Shown in pieces: positions 49,776 to 63,420 of a stretch of 64,000 bases of DNA; position 1 is the first letter of the stretch, and each line of letters starts with the position of its first letter. The notes under the pieces are model-generated. The model saw only the letters and a list, made by a program, of their open reading frames with translations, did no database searches and was not told the DNA's origin. The translations under genes were made by a program, and so were the position numbers. Source of the stretch: Eutreptiella sp. 'Long Island Sound 2002' (lineage: Eukaryota > Protista > Euglenida); contig OZ038378.1 in NCBI GenBank assembly GCA_964036045.1, forward strand, positions 74,958,001-75,022,000, given 5' to 3'.

Positions 49776-50130
49776 CCCCCGAGAATGCAGGGGTGACATA
49801 GCATTTCTGCCCTCTTTTGGGCCCCAACCTTCTGGTGCTATTGAGGAAACCGGGACAATCTTAGAATGCACGCTTGGATTCTAGGAGCATCATGGTGACC
49901 CCTAGCGTACGTTTTGACTTCTGATTTTGTTCCCCGTTGTTTGGGGAACCCCCGAGAATGCAGGGGTCATGTAGCATTTCCGCCCTCTTTTGGGCCCCAA
50001 CGTTCCGGTGCTATTGTGGAAACCGGGACAATCTTTAAATCCACGCTTTGATACTAGGAGCATCATGGTGACCCCTAGGGTACGTTTTGACTTCTGGTTT
50101 TGTCCCCCGTTGTTGCGGGACCCCCAAGAG
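49776..50130 (+). repeat. Repeat family B, ~2 tandem copies of ~175 bp
   Basis: CCCCCGAGAATGCAGGGG at ~49776 and ~49950; same family as 7060-7322. Confidence 0.8.
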
Positions 50131-50149
50131 TGTGCATCGTGTTCGTTCT

Positions 50150-50937
50150 CACTTAAATGGTGTTGTCACTGAAATTCGATGGGCGGAAAGATTGTCGTAG
50201 TGGAACCATGTCCCACACTGTCCATATTTCGTGAGGCACTACGTGGATAGCATGCCCATTGCATCCGTAGGAGGCATCCTTTGTGATGTCTTAATTCAAA
50301 ATACGCCGGCTGCGTATACAAAGTTATGGTTGCCATTGACAGCTTGGGCAACATCGTTTGGATTGGTCCGTTGGCCCCGGGGATAACGGCGGATGTTCTC
50401 ATTTGGGATCGCGAGGGGCCCAAAAGGGTGAAGGGACATTATATGGATTATGAGATTGGCTCCATGGATGGTGCATACAAGGGGCGCCTCCATGTGGCAT
50501 GGCCATTTATCGGTCGAAAGACGTTGACCGAGCGGCAAAAGGAGTACAATGATGTTCATGGTTTCTATAGGGCACACATTGAGCACTTGTTTGCACGCAT
50601 CTGGCACTATGGCATTGTAAGGAACATATGGAGGGGACTCGGTACGGAGTTGCATGAGTACGTGCGTGTACTCTTGCATTTGCGGCAATTTTTGATTCGA
50701 AGACATGTACAGTACCCTCCATATGGTCCGTGGGAACACGTACCTGCACATGTATGGACTGCACCTACACAGGAGGACAACGATGATGAGGATGTTGTGG
50801 GTGATGATGGGTATGTGTGTGCCCTTTGTTGCACCAAGTATGACCGTGAAAAGATGTCCACGTGTGACAAGTGTGAACTGCAATATTGTACGGATTGCAT
50901 CGACACACACACATGTGACCATGTAATTTTTCTTTGA
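50150..50937 (+). pseudogene. PIF/Harbinger-ISL2EU (DDE_Tnp_4-type) transposase relic with C-terminal Cys-rich finger
   Basis: RLS*WNHVPHCPYFVRHYVDSMPI (frameshifted), NSKYAGCVYKVMVAID..GNIVWIGPLAPGITAD, DGAYKG, LTERQKEYN...RAHIEHLFARIW. Tail CALC...CDKCELQYCTDCIDTHTC. Confidence 0.8.
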
Positions 50938-53019
50938 TTCTGCAACTGTGTCATGTTGTGCACACAAGTTGCGTCTTCTCTATGTGTACTTAGTTGACAA
51001 TGGACCAGAGAGACACTTGTGTCTTTTTGAGGGTGGCGACCAATGCGTTGTTCATGGCTTTTCCAGTTGTGCATGATGTGTGTTATCTGAAGGAAAGGTA
51101 GTTTGCAACTTTCTTGAGCTGGGGTAGTTCGGGTCACTTAATTATAAGGGTGTTTCCAAGGGGTGTGCTAGGGGGCTCTTCAGGGGAAACATAGTCTAAA
51201 AGTAGCGCGCAGTGCAAAGATTCCCCCATACATCGGTACCTCCCACCCCATGTAACCCTAGTCCCCCCTATGCAAAAGCATTACTTAACCATGTTGCCAA
51301 TTTTGGCAACCTTTCTGATAGGTCCTAGCAGAGTGAAAATTTACAACCGTTACTGACGGCTTTGGACAATGAAGAACCAAGGTTGGATAACAGTGTGAAT
51401 CTTTTGAATTTTTTGTTTGAATCCCCGCCGAAGACTTATACACATGAAAAGAAAAGACGATCAGATCGAGACACCACATCAAGAGCTAACCCCTCTATGA
51501 CAAGCAACACAGAACATATCACATCTTTGGATGTAATGCAATCCTTTCTTGTTTGGATAAACAGTCAACCCAGTGAACCCAGTGTTCAACAAACAAGAAG
51601 TGTTCGCAGGCACTTGTACACCCATGGCATACATATACTAGGGTTTCCACATTCAGATTTTCATGCTCAATGGAGCCAGTTGGAATCTATGCAATTGAAA
51701 GATTCCATGAACAATGTCATTCATCAGTTTTTGGAGACCCCTCCAACCCCAAAACGAGACACAGTACAGAAAGAAATCAAAGAGCCCACTACACCTTCAG
51801 CTTCATCACACACTGCACCAAGTACCACATCCACGGATTGAGCGAAATACCCCATGCGGCACAGCATTGCGTCCCATCTTTGGGAAACATGTATGTTCGA
51901 TCCGAGATGATGTTGTAAAGGCACCAAAATCATTCACATTTCTTGGCGTGGCAGAGGAAGCAAAAAAGTTGCTTGAGACTCTTTGTGCAATGAATCTGTG
52001 TGGATGGCGGGTGAACTGGAAAAAGGCAAACAGGCAACCATGGACCCCATGGGTACCTTGCAATGTATTACCAAACCCGAATTCCGGTTAAGGAAACACA
52101 GAAAGAAAGCACCGGAAAAAAGCACAAACATCACAAACGTTCAGGATCACGAAGCACCTCCTCAGCAAACAGTGACAGCTGTGTTGAGAAGGATAAACGC
52201 AAAAGGTCACAGGAAAGAAGTGAGCAAAAGAAGTTCAAAAGATCACAGCCGCGATCCAGATCACGGTTAAGAAGAAAGCACAAGACAAGCAAAGAAAGGC
52301 CGGATGTCACCCCGCAACACTCACATTCAGCACCCCCATGCCAATACACACCAGGATCTCAACCCACACCCACCCAACCTACACAAACATACCAAACTCC
52401 GACACATGCATCACATACCTGGCAAAATGGTCCTGATGGGCAAGGATGGAGGGGGGACCCCCAATGCAACTTGTGACCCCCTGTCTAAAAACGTGGATCC
52501 CAGTACATTCCCACCCGAGATTTCAGTACGTACAATAGGAAGGCATCTATTAGCTCAACCGAAACAAGGTGTGCAATGGGTTTTGGGTTTTTGAGGCACT
52601 GAATGCACCAGACACACAGAACCCCCTTTGGACCTTGTAACCCTCACAAATGTGCTACCCTCCATGATGCATGTTCAGTCCATCACTGCAGACACAGCCC
52701 TGTTTTCTCTTCTCAGTCAATGGGCACAACAGATCTTTGTCTGCCAAATCAAAGGCAATGCCACAATCATGGCTGTTTCCAGACACATGCGATATGGACC
52801 AGTTATGCCCAGTCTTGCTACACAATGTGTTCTTTGCACACGTCCAACATCCCAAGAGAATCAAACTTTATTACGTGCAAATTTCAAAAGGAAAATGATA
52901 AAAGAATTCCTCCGAAGGACAATACAAATTCCCACACGCATCCGACATGCACTACATAGATTCACAACACATGTACCCGCGCCTGCTCTGACTGTGAGTG
53001 AACCAGCACGTTCACCGAT

Positions 53020-53902
53020 CACATGATTGCAGGTATTATGTTTGAATACCCAAGTTACCGTGCAATTAAAAATCCGTGCTTTACATGGCATTATTAAACA
53101 GACTGGATTTCCGGCTGCCCTCATGCTACAGGAAGTTGGCAAGATTGCAGATGATTCCGTTTTTCATCCATTGCATGCCTATCTCTACAAGTAACCAAAC
53201 GGAAGTTGAGCAAGTGCATGTATTTTGCCGCGAAGGACATAGCAAATTGTTGTCTTGGAGGTTCACTTTGAACCAAACCACCGAGCAGTAGTAGTACGTG
53301 CAACCATATCATTGAAGAAGGTACAACTGATCAATGTTTACGTGAAGTCGGGTGGTGACCCACATGAACTCCGCGTCTCTTTAGAGTGGACTGTTCCCTT
53401 CCTTCTGGACACAAAAATTTTCCCCATACATGGAGGTGACTTCCAGGCAAACCGAGGCTGGGACACATCATGCCCTTTGGCATCCACGGCGACGGGCACA
53501 GCGATTTTAGATACCTTTAGAGATGCCCCATTGCGAGTGGTGCCAAAAGAACAAGATATGCCAACATGGAGCGCACCTCAAGGATTCTATGGAGCACTAG
53601 ATCACTTTTTGATCCTTGAACCCTGCAGATGCAATGCTACAGAACGTGTTCAAGCAACATCCTCTTTCCCATCACGTTACACCCCAATAGTGCTCTGCAT
53701 ACCGGATTTCACACCCATCAACCCTGCACGAGCGGTGCAACAGACTCGTCACATTGCCAGTCCAAAGGTGTTATCAGCCGCTATGAAAAATCAATATCAA
53801 ACAGCATTGAATGAGGTTTTGCTCGCTACAGCGGGTACACTGGAAGATGAATGTCAAAATTTTTCAAAAGCAGTACTACAGGCCGCAAAAAAGATGTTTT
53901 GA
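53020..53902 (+). pseudogene. LINE apurinic-type endonuclease domain
   Basis: CLNTQ...MLQEVG, LINVYV, HGGDFQ, MPTW, ALDHFLI motifs. Confidence 0.85.
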
Positions 53903-54422
53903 CCCCTTGCAAACCTCACAGCTACGAAAATAGTGGTACAACGAGCACCGACACTGAACAATTTGTCATGCAGTATCCATACTGCTGGCAAGAGACCACA
54001 CATATACCCACTTACCAAAGAAAGCAAGCACGAATCAAAGAAGCGTCGGACTTGGTATAATTGGAACGCAAACTACAAATATCAATCATCACAACCCACG
54101 TGGAGAAGCGAATACCACAAGAAAGCCCCTGTACCGAACAATTTTCCGCATAGGGCCACAGACCAGAGTAGAACCCATGTTTGTATCAGGCATCTCCACA
54201 CCCATAGAACTGCACCGTCTGGTTGGCATAGACCACTTTCGACAGAGACACTTGGCCCCCCCTCTCCGCATGGAAGCGGAAAACAAACAATATTATATGC
54301 AATGGTCCCCGCTCACAATACGAGACTTGCAAATCACAGCTCAGATGATCAGATACACACTGTCAAATGCATCCCATACCACCCCTTATCAAGACCTCTT
54401 GGAATATTAATTTCTTCGTTTC

Positions 54423-55448
54423 TTGTGTGACAAGCAGTTGGGACGTTTGGCAGAGATGTATAACCGATGGTATCATAGAGAATACCTTCATAAAGCCTTC
54501 CAAGGTCATTTCTATGCCCTGCCCAATGAAATACCACATGGACCTACTGCAAATGCCAGACCACTCTTAAATTTCACTACCATTTGGAAGGTATTCTCAA
54601 CATGTTTGAAGCAATGTCTCACCCCCCTTCTGTGTGCAGCACATGTCATCCCCCCTTCCCAAATTGCCCTCCATGGTGGTGCATCAGCCATAGACACGCT
54701 TCCGGTCATACATGACCACATCTTGGACAGATGGTTTGCCGATTTGCTTGTTTGTATGGTATTTGATGATGTCAGGCATGACTTTGGATCAGTACAACAC
54801 GATACTCTGGAAGCTATACTTCGCATGCTTCATTTCCCCCCTCACCTAATAAGTATTCTCATGAATGCTGCCACAGGTGCAACTCTACACATGGGCAGAA
54901 AAAATGGAATGACTAAGGCACTGGCAAAATTTAGAGCAGGTATAGCACAGGGGTGCCCCATGTCAGCACTCTTATTTTGCATCCTTTTGGAGCTCAGGAT
55001 TCGCATGGTCTTACATGATATTCCTAAACCACAACCAAAATTCGGAGATTTTGGACACGTGGCTTACATGGATGATACCACATATCTCCTGGATCAAGTA
55101 ACATACATTCAACAGCTTTTGTCGAATGTATATCAGACACGTATAATGACCCCGCTTCGGACATCCACAGTGAAACTTTTGGTAGCCGCGACACACCGTC
55201 AGGGTTTGCAAGTAATCGATGACAGACCAGACATTTTAGCAGGAGGAAGTACAACGCCAATGGTAGACGGAAAAATGTACATCCGTCTATTGGGCAGACA
55301 TACCATGCCACACGTTTTTCACACCAATGACTTCATAAAAATGATGCATGCATCCCACAGAGCCAGTATAGTATTGAGATACGTCAAGTTACCAGCAAAC
55401 TACCCCATTTTGATGTACAATGCATCAGCGGGTGGGGCGCACAGATAG
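54423..55448 (+). pseudogene. LINE reverse transcriptase domain
   Basis: NARPL...IWKVF, FDDVRHDFGSVQH, GIAQGCPMSALLF, AYMDD, IRLLG motifs. Confidence 0.92.
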
Positions 55449-56059
55449 CTGGGGGGGATCAGACCCCCATCACCAGGATTAATGCGTCCGTCAGATCACC
55501 CAGCAGCATCAACACTCCGTGCTACAGCCAATTGGGATCTTGTCCTATTAGCATTATTTCTGCAGCCTTTGGAGGCTTGATGGACAGGTATACAACCCAC
55601 TACAATAGTCATGTTACATCAGTTTTTACTCAACTATGTCAAGCAAGTCAGTCCTACGAACCCAGTGGTCAGATACTGGGTCCTACGGAGCCTGTCGCGA
55701 GCTCGACAGAATTTTAGTGCAATTTAGTGAACACATGTCCTGTCCCTAGCAGCCTCTTTCCAGCATTTGTCCAGTACATTACATGGAGCACTCGCACTTT
55801 CTCATCCTAATGCACCACATGGATATAGATACACACTTTCCTTCGTCCATCATGGAATTGGATGATGACATACCCATGTATAAAGCAAATCATCCCATGG
55901 AAGCCAGCCAAATACATGCATGGATGTGAGAAGGATACCAGACACAGCACAAAACTAAGCAAAAAGGATTGCCCATTCCTATGTGGCAATATGATCTCCC
56001 CGCGAAAGCCATCCCAATGGCACACCCTTCCACATCTCAGCTACGAATCATCACACATA

Positions 56060-56800
56060 TACCACGGGACGCCCTCTTCATGACAGATGGGTCATGGTAC
56101 CCAGATGGACGTCGTGGAGGGTGCATAGTTGTTGTGTGCACCCACACATATTAGTAGACATGTACCCAGTAGTAATCCCCCTCTCTCTGGATCATTCATA
56201 CACAGTGGAATTGTCTGTTGCCTAGATTGTATTGCACATCGGAACGAATTTGCTGTCTGTTGACCACGGACAATGGTATTTTATAGGGCAGACATACACA
56301 AATTGGATGTCTTACATTCAAGCATGAGAAGTAGAAAATGATGCCACCACTCCCATCGTCAGCAAAGTTTTGCAGGCATGTCGTCCTTTAGTTAAATCTT
56401 TTGTTCCACCCAAGCATATCCACTCTCACAGGGCAGGCACAGCTTTGGATAGAATTTTGGATGCAGTGGATCAAGAAGCTAAAAACATAGCACAAAAACA
56501 GCAGCAGCAAGTGGGAGGGATCACAGATCTAGACACAAAGCAAGCAGTTTCACGGTTATAGGCATACATAAACATGATGTGTCAATGTACATTCAACGTA
56601 AGTTGCGAGAGATGTACTGCACACAATATGAAGTAACATATGCACACAACCACACTCAATATGCCTTATATGCGAATACAGTGATGCGCAGTGAATGGTC
56701 GCTGCACTTACGCACCATGACACAGAGACATCACATGCAACATGTGTCAGACACCAAGTGTACCCTGTGCAAGTTGCCCACCTCCCATGAGGCATGCCCA
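56060..56800 (+). pseudogene. LINE RNase H domain and C-terminal Cys/His knuckle
   Basis: LFMTDGSW..GRRGG at ~56075, KHIHSH...LDAVDQEAK at ~56410-56480, CTLCKLPTSHEAC at ~56760. Confidence 0.65.
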
Positions 56801-58294
56801 AGCAGACTGCCCACTCCTCTTCCTCCAAAATGGTTTCTGTACATCAAAAACAGTCATCTTCTTCCACCCTTGAATCCGTCATGGCACAAAAGCCTGCCCA
56901 TCCCCCTGGGGTATTATGATTGCCACGCCCATGGGGCACCCGGTTTTATCAGTACACCCAACGAGAATTGCACATGATCTGTATGTGATTAGTCTGACAA
57001 GGGGAGTTTCGTCTCGATTCATGCATCAGGCAGCGGAACATTGAGCCACGAACACAATGATGACACCAGTTCTGGAATCCCTTCTCACCACATGGTACAA
57101 GGTTGAGCACATTGAGGTTCCGCCACGGTTACCGGTATACCAAGAATACGCAGTGCCACGCCATCCGTACATCATTACATCACACATCCTCACCACCGCA
57201 GAGAGTCCGCATAGAAGGTGGAATCCATGGACAGGGGACACAATTTTGTGGCCATCCCCACCACTTTTGTATCAGGTAGCTCATCAGTACTCCGTGACTG
57301 CAAGTTTACCTCATTTGTTTTAGCCGTCTCCAGACCTCTCCCCGGTTTTACACTGGTATGTGACAGAGTTTATAGAGCATTGGCCAACGACTCCGGTGGG
57401 TATACCTTCTGTGGCGTTTGCGGATACTCCACGACCATTGCAATTAAAAGGGTGTTTCACAGGTATCACATACTGGTTCTGTGATGCATGGATATACCGA
57501 ACACCTCAAGTATTTGACATGTATCAATCAACATCGGCACAGGAAGTTTACATCACATGCAGCAATCATGCAACCCGTGTTCACAGCAATCTTTGCCTCA
57601 TAGGCAATCCCGGTAGTCCAAGAATATCAAGACTATCGTATCACGATGCAGCAACTAATAGCATGCACTTGGCCAGTAAATTGGTTTGCATGAATTTGAT
57701 TAGTGCATGTCTTGCTATGTCACATCCAGAGAGCTATACCGCAACGCACGCAATGCAATGACGTCAACCCAGGAGGAACGCTTAATCGGGTTGAGATACC
57801 GGGGGAATCACTGTAGACGTAGTCTGGACACGTGCGAGTGGAAGGACGCCCTACGGTACTCCACTAGGCTCTCAATTAGGGCACCTGGGGAACAGTCACA
57901 TGGGGCACAGTGTACCGAAGGGTCTCCCGGGTAATGTGTCTTATACCCATGGGGCTACAGAGTATGCATGAGGTGGAGCGCAATGGGTGAGTCGAAGGTC
58001 TGTCATGTGACCAGCCTTCAGCGCAGCAGACGGCCAATTACTGTACACTAGTCCTCCTCCTCCTCCTCCTCCTCATCCCAAGAGCTAACCACCAGGGCCT
58101 TGTGCCATCCCCCCACCCACCACCCCGAATTGCCCCACCTTGACCCCCCCCCGCCCAACGGACGCTCCCTCAACCCCCCCCCCCTCCCGTTGCCCCTCCC
58201 TCAACCCCCCCCCCCCCCCCCCCAAGGGGCCTTCGGCCCACTTTTAGTGGGAGGGGGGGGTCGCATACAAAAACGAGGAGACGGCCCCCCCGTG

Positions 58295-61200
58295 TGTTCC
58301 CGCCGCTTTGGGACCACCGAGGCCTCCACCGCCTCCAGGCAGCAGCCTCCGCCACTTTTTGGCAGGAGATTTCCGCCGCTTTGACGCACGTGCCTCGGTC
58401 CCCCTGGGCAACATCGGGGCCTCGGCCGCTTCGGGAACGCTCAGGTGTCCGCGGCTTTGGGGCAAGGGCCCCCATGTCTTTCGGAACTCTAGTGCCTCCG
58501 GTGAATTGGACGGAGGCCTCCGCGGCTTGGGATAGCGATGTGGCCTCTGCCACTTTGGGGCAAGGGCCTTTGCTGCTTTGTGAACACCGGGGGCTCTGCC
58601 CTTTTGTGGCTGGGGCCTCCACGAATTTTGTGATTGTGCGGCCCGGGTCCTTTCCTTTTGAGAACGCAAGGGCCTCCACCGCTTTGTGAACAACAAGTCG
58701 CTCGCCCCCTTTTGGCAGGGGCCACCATCGCCTCGGGAACCCAATGGCCTCCGCTGCCTTCGGGCAGGGGGGCTACGGTTTTGCACAGGGCCCGGGCGTG
58801 TGCCACTTTGTGGCAGGTGCCTCTGTTGCTTTGGGAACACCGGGGCCTCCGCGGCTTTGGGGGCGGCACCTCCGCTGTCTTGGGAACTCCGGGCCCTCCG
58901 CCATTTTGGTCTAGGCGCCTCCACCGCTTTGGGGTCACCTCAGCCTCCACCGTTTTGGGATAGGGTCCCTCTCCGCTTTGGGACCGCCTCGGCCTCAGCC
59001 ACTGTGCAGACACCCGGGCCTCCGCCGCGTTTGCAACACCGGGGCCTCTGCCTCTCTTGGTGAGGGCCGTCGACCACTTTGTGTTCACTGGGGCCTCTGC
59101 TGCTTTAGGGCGGGGGTCATAGCTGCTTTGGGAACGTGGGGGCCTCTGCGGCTTTGGGGCACGGGCCCCCGCAGCTTCAGGAATGCCGGGGCCTCCGTCG
59201 CTTTGGGGCAGGAGCCTCCACCTCTTTGGGAACTCCGGGGCCTCCTCCGCTTTTTGAAAGGGACCTCGTCGTGTTTCAGGTAGAGGCCAGAATCGGTTTT
59301 GAATGTGGCAGCCTCCGCCGCTTTTTGGCAACGGCCTTCGCCGCTTGGGTAACGCCCGGGCCTTCGCCGCTCTTGAAAAATCGGGGGCTCCGCTGCTTTG
59401 GGGCACGGGGCTCGGTTGCTTTTGGAGAGCCACGGCTTCTTTTGCTTTGGTGCTGGGGCTCCCTGCGCTCTTGGAATGCTAGGGCTTCCGCCGCTTTGGG
59501 AACACCGTGGGCTCCGCTGCTTTGGGGCAGGGGACTCGGCTGCCTTGGTAGCGCGAGGGCCTCCCCCGCTTTTGGGGCGCACGCGCCTCCCCCGTTTGGG
59601 GAACAGCGAGGAACCACCGCTTCACGGTCAGGGCCTCCATTGCCTTGGGAACGCTGCGGCCTCCGCTACTTTGGGGTGGGGGCCTAGACCGCGTTGTGAA
59701 TAGCGGGGGCTCCGCCGCTAAAGGAATTGTGCGGTCTCCGCCGCTTTGGTGTAGGGGCTTTTGCCGCTTCGGGGACACCGTGGCCTCCGCTGCTTTGGGA
59801 AAGGGGCCTCCACCGCTTTGGAGCCGCCTTGGCCTCCAACGCTTTGGCAAGACCGGTGCTCCCCGTGCCCTCCGGGTAGGGGCCTCCGCTGCTTTTGGTG
59901 AGGGGCCTCCACCACTTTGTGCGCACCGGGACCTCCGCCGCTTTCGTCCCTGTGCCACGTCGCTGCCGCATCGTGGGTGACAAGCACCCTCGCCACTTTG
60001 GGAACGCCGTGGCCCTCCTCCCTTTCAAGCAGGGGTCTCCGCCGCTTTGGCAACGCTGGGGCCCGCCTTGCTTGGTGCGGGAGCCTCCTCGGCTTTGGTT
60101 ATGTCGGGGCGTCTACTACTTTTCGGTAGGGGCCTCCGCCGCGTTGGGATCAACAACGTCTCCACTGCTTGGGGTATGGGCCTTCGCCGCTTTGGCGGAG
60201 GGGCCTCCTTGACCACCGTCGCTTTGGGCAAGGAGCCTGTGCTGCATTGGGGTTGAGGGCCTCCGCCTCCTTAGGAAGTGCCGGGCCTTCCAAGCTTAGC
60301 ACGGGGGTCTCTACGGCTTTGGTGAGCGCCGAGGTATGCGCCGCTTACAGCCAGGTGCCTCCATCACTATGTGAACAGAAGGGCCCCGGTCTTGTTAGGA
60401 ATACTAGGGTGTCCGGCAGTGTGGGGTAGGGGCATCTTCAGCATTGGCAACACTGCGGCCTCCGCTGCTTTGGGGCTGGTGCCTCCACTGTGTTGGTGCA
60501 GGGGTGGTTTAGAGCCGGCCAGACCTCTGGCCGTTTGGGAATTTCAAGGCTGGCTTCGCTTTGCTTTGCAGGCCTCGGCCGCTTCGAGAACAACGGGGGC
60601 TCTACTAGGCTGCTGTGGGGGCCTTTGTAGCCATGACACACGGCGTGGCCTCCCCCGCTTCACGGCAAGGGCTTGCAAGAGTCGAGCGCCGTGGCATCTG
60701 TAGCCTTGCCAACACCGCGGCCCCCGTAGCTTTCAGAATGCTGCGGCCTCCCCTGCTTTTGGGCCCGGGGCACCGCCGTGTTTGGCAAAACGGGGGCGTC
60801 CGCCGCTCTGTTGTAGGGGCCTTTGTCCCTTTAGGGACGACGCGGCCTCCGCCGCATTGGGGACGCCGTGGCCTCTGGCACATGGGGCTCACCGTGGCCT
60901 TGGCTGCTTTGGTGCAGGGGTCTCCGCCTAATGGGCCACACATGCGCATGCACCGCTTTTAGGTAGGGGCATCCATTGCTTTCGGAACACGGAGGCCTCC
61001 GCCGCTATGGCACCACCGGGGCCTCCACTCTCTTGTGCCTTGGTCTTCCTCGCTTCAGGAACGCTGGAGCCTCCCTCGCTTTTTGGCACGTGCCATGTAG
61101 CTTTGGGGACGCCGGGACCTCTGCCACTTTAGGGTGGGGACCTTCGCCGGTTTGGGCGCTCCAGGTCCTCCGTAACTTTGGGGTAGGGGTCTTTGCCGTC

Positions 61201-62480
61201 ATGGGACCGCCATGGGCCTCCAACGATTTGGGGCATCGCCCTCCTGCCCTTTGGGAAGGCCACGGGCAACAGTTGCTTTGGGACCGCCAGATCCTCTCTT
61301 GCTTTGCGGCACTCGCCTCGTCTTATTTGGAGACACTAGGGGACTCCACTGTTCTTGTGCAAGGGCCTCCGCCGCTGTGGGATTGCTGGGGAATGCACCC
61401 CTTTGGGAACGGCGGGGCTTTCCTCATATTTTAGCCGGTAGCTCTTGGGCCGTGGGAATGCTTGAGCCTCCACCGCTTTGGAGTAGAGGCCACCGTTGCT
61501 TTGGGAACTTTGCAGCCTCAAACCCGTCCTGAACGCGGGGGCCTCCCTAGCTTTGGGGTAGGGGCCTCCGTTGCTTTAGGAACTCTAGGGCCCCCGCCGC
61601 TCCGAGCGGGGTCCTGTATGGCTTTGCACAGAGACCGGGCCTCTGCGATTTCGCGGCAGGGCCGTCTGCGGTGTCGGGAACGCCATGGCCTACGTTACCT
61701 TGGGGTTGGGGCCCTCGTTGCTTGCAAACGTAGGGGCGTCTGCCGCTTTGGGGCAGGCGCCTAAGCGGCTTTGGGAACACTGAGGCCTTCGCCCCTTTAG
61801 GAACACACGGGCCTCCCCGGCTTGGGGTGGGTGCCTCTATGGCTTTGTAGAGCACCGAGGCCTACGCCGCTTTGGGGCAAGGGTCCCCGCCAATTTGGGA
61901 AGAGCGGGGCCTCCGCCCCTTTGGGCCCGGTCCTCCGCCGCTTTGGGTACACCGGGGCCTCTGTTGCTTTTGGCTAAGGCCCTCATCGGTGTTGACAACA
62001 CTGGGGCCTCCCCCACTTTGTGGTGGGCCCCTCCCGGCGCTTGGGGGACACGGGAGCTCCGCCACGCTAGGGCGAGGGTCGTCAGAGGGTTGGGAACAGC
62101 CGGATCTCCTGCATTCTAGGGTAGGGGCCGCTGCAGCTTTTGGACCAATTTGGCCTACCCTGCTTTGGGAACGCCGGCGGGTTTGCCCTCTTTTTTGCCA
62201 GAGGCCGCTGCGGGTTTCATGCAAGGATCTCCGGTGCTTTGGCAACAGCGGGGCCTCTGCCATTTTGGTTCGGGGGCCTCACCGCCTTAGGAACGACGAT
62301 GCGCCCTGCGCTTCAGGATTACTAGGGCCTTGGCCGCTTTGACGCAAGAGCATCCACGGCTCTATCAACACCACGGCCTTTGCTGCTGTGTTGCCCGGGC
62401 CACTGCCGCTGTGAAAATGGTGGCCCCTCCACCGCTTTAGGCGCCATAGGCTTCAGGGTGCAAAGCTGTGGTGGGGTGGG
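58295..62480 (+). repeat. SatA, + orientation
   Basis: The same monomer resumes directly after CCCCCCCGTG. Confidence 0.95.
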
Positions 62481-63420
62481 AGCCTGAAATCTGACATAAC
62501 AAAATGGACATGCATTTGACATGGGGGTTTTTGCGCTTTCAAACCAAGTGATGAAACACGCATTGAAAGTTTCATTGCCAGGGAACCATTTCGTTTCCAA
62601 TTGGATATAAGTGGTGTGTTTCCAAAAGTAAATTCCTTTGTGTTAGATGCCTAACACCTGCAACAATGAGCCATGCCTTGTCTTTTGAGTGTTTGCCACT
62701 CCATCAAAAGCAGATACGTGATTCTGGACATTGTATCCTGCATGATTACGTAGGTGTGCATTATTTGCCTTGTTTTGCAATGTGCTGCACTATAGTGCAC
62801 AACACACTGATTGTGTACGGTGCAGTTGTTCTTGGTATTGGTATCATATATGCCCAACGTGTGAGGAACCCTCGGTCCATGGGCCATGATGAAATCTTCT
62901 GTGTTAGTGTTTCCTGGCGTGTCACGTGTGTGAGATGCTTGTTGAGTCTAACTTTGTTGTGGATTATGTATGAGCATTTGAACAATGCTTTGAAGCCCAC
63001 ACTTCTTTGCCGCATGATTCATGCTCAATGTGATGTCTATGTGGTATGTCAGACCAATGACATGATAAAAGCAAAGCAAATGTGTGTGGCGTGTCCCCTT
63101 TGTATGTGCTTGATGCACTTGTGCACTGGTTTTTGTGGATCACCACATGTGTAAACACACCCTGAATTCTCAAAGCTGAAGAACCAGTTTCTTGGCGGAA
63201 ACATTTTTTGCTGAAGCAATTTGAATCAAGTTTCGCCGTTTGTGTTCGTGGTAGGCGTCCAACCCGAATACCAATATCCGCACAATGAAAACCATCAAAT
63301 ATGGATGCCACATTTTTCAGAGAGACCAAGCATTGGTGAAAAGAACCAAAAAATTTACCCACAAAATGGAATTTTGTATGCCCCACTACACCTTTACATC
63401 CCCAAGCTAGAGCATGCCCT
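62480..63420. other. AT-richer non-satellite insert of unknown origin (possible decayed retroelement fragment on -)
   Basis: Abrupt compositional change within SatA. No clear TIR, TSD or convincing domain. Confidence 0.4.

Larger units (their letters stand above)
51362..58075 (+). mobile_element. Decayed non-LTR retrotransposon (LINE): ORF1-like region + APE-RT-RNaseH-Zn knuckle
   Basis: Domain order below, with many stops and frameshifts. A possible (CCT)n 3' tail lies at ~58053-58075. Boundaries are approximate. Confidence 0.75.
34986..58294. mobile_element. Putative 23.3-kb composite bounded by CACG-family inverted termini
   Basis: Left CACGGGGG...CTCCTCATTTCGGGTACGCGACTACCCC; the right end reverse complement reads CACGGGGGGGCCGTCTCCTCGTTTTTGTATGCGACCCCCCC. 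SatA resumes on both sides. The TSD is only degenerate (GGTCTCCC vs TGTTCCC). Confidence 0.55.
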
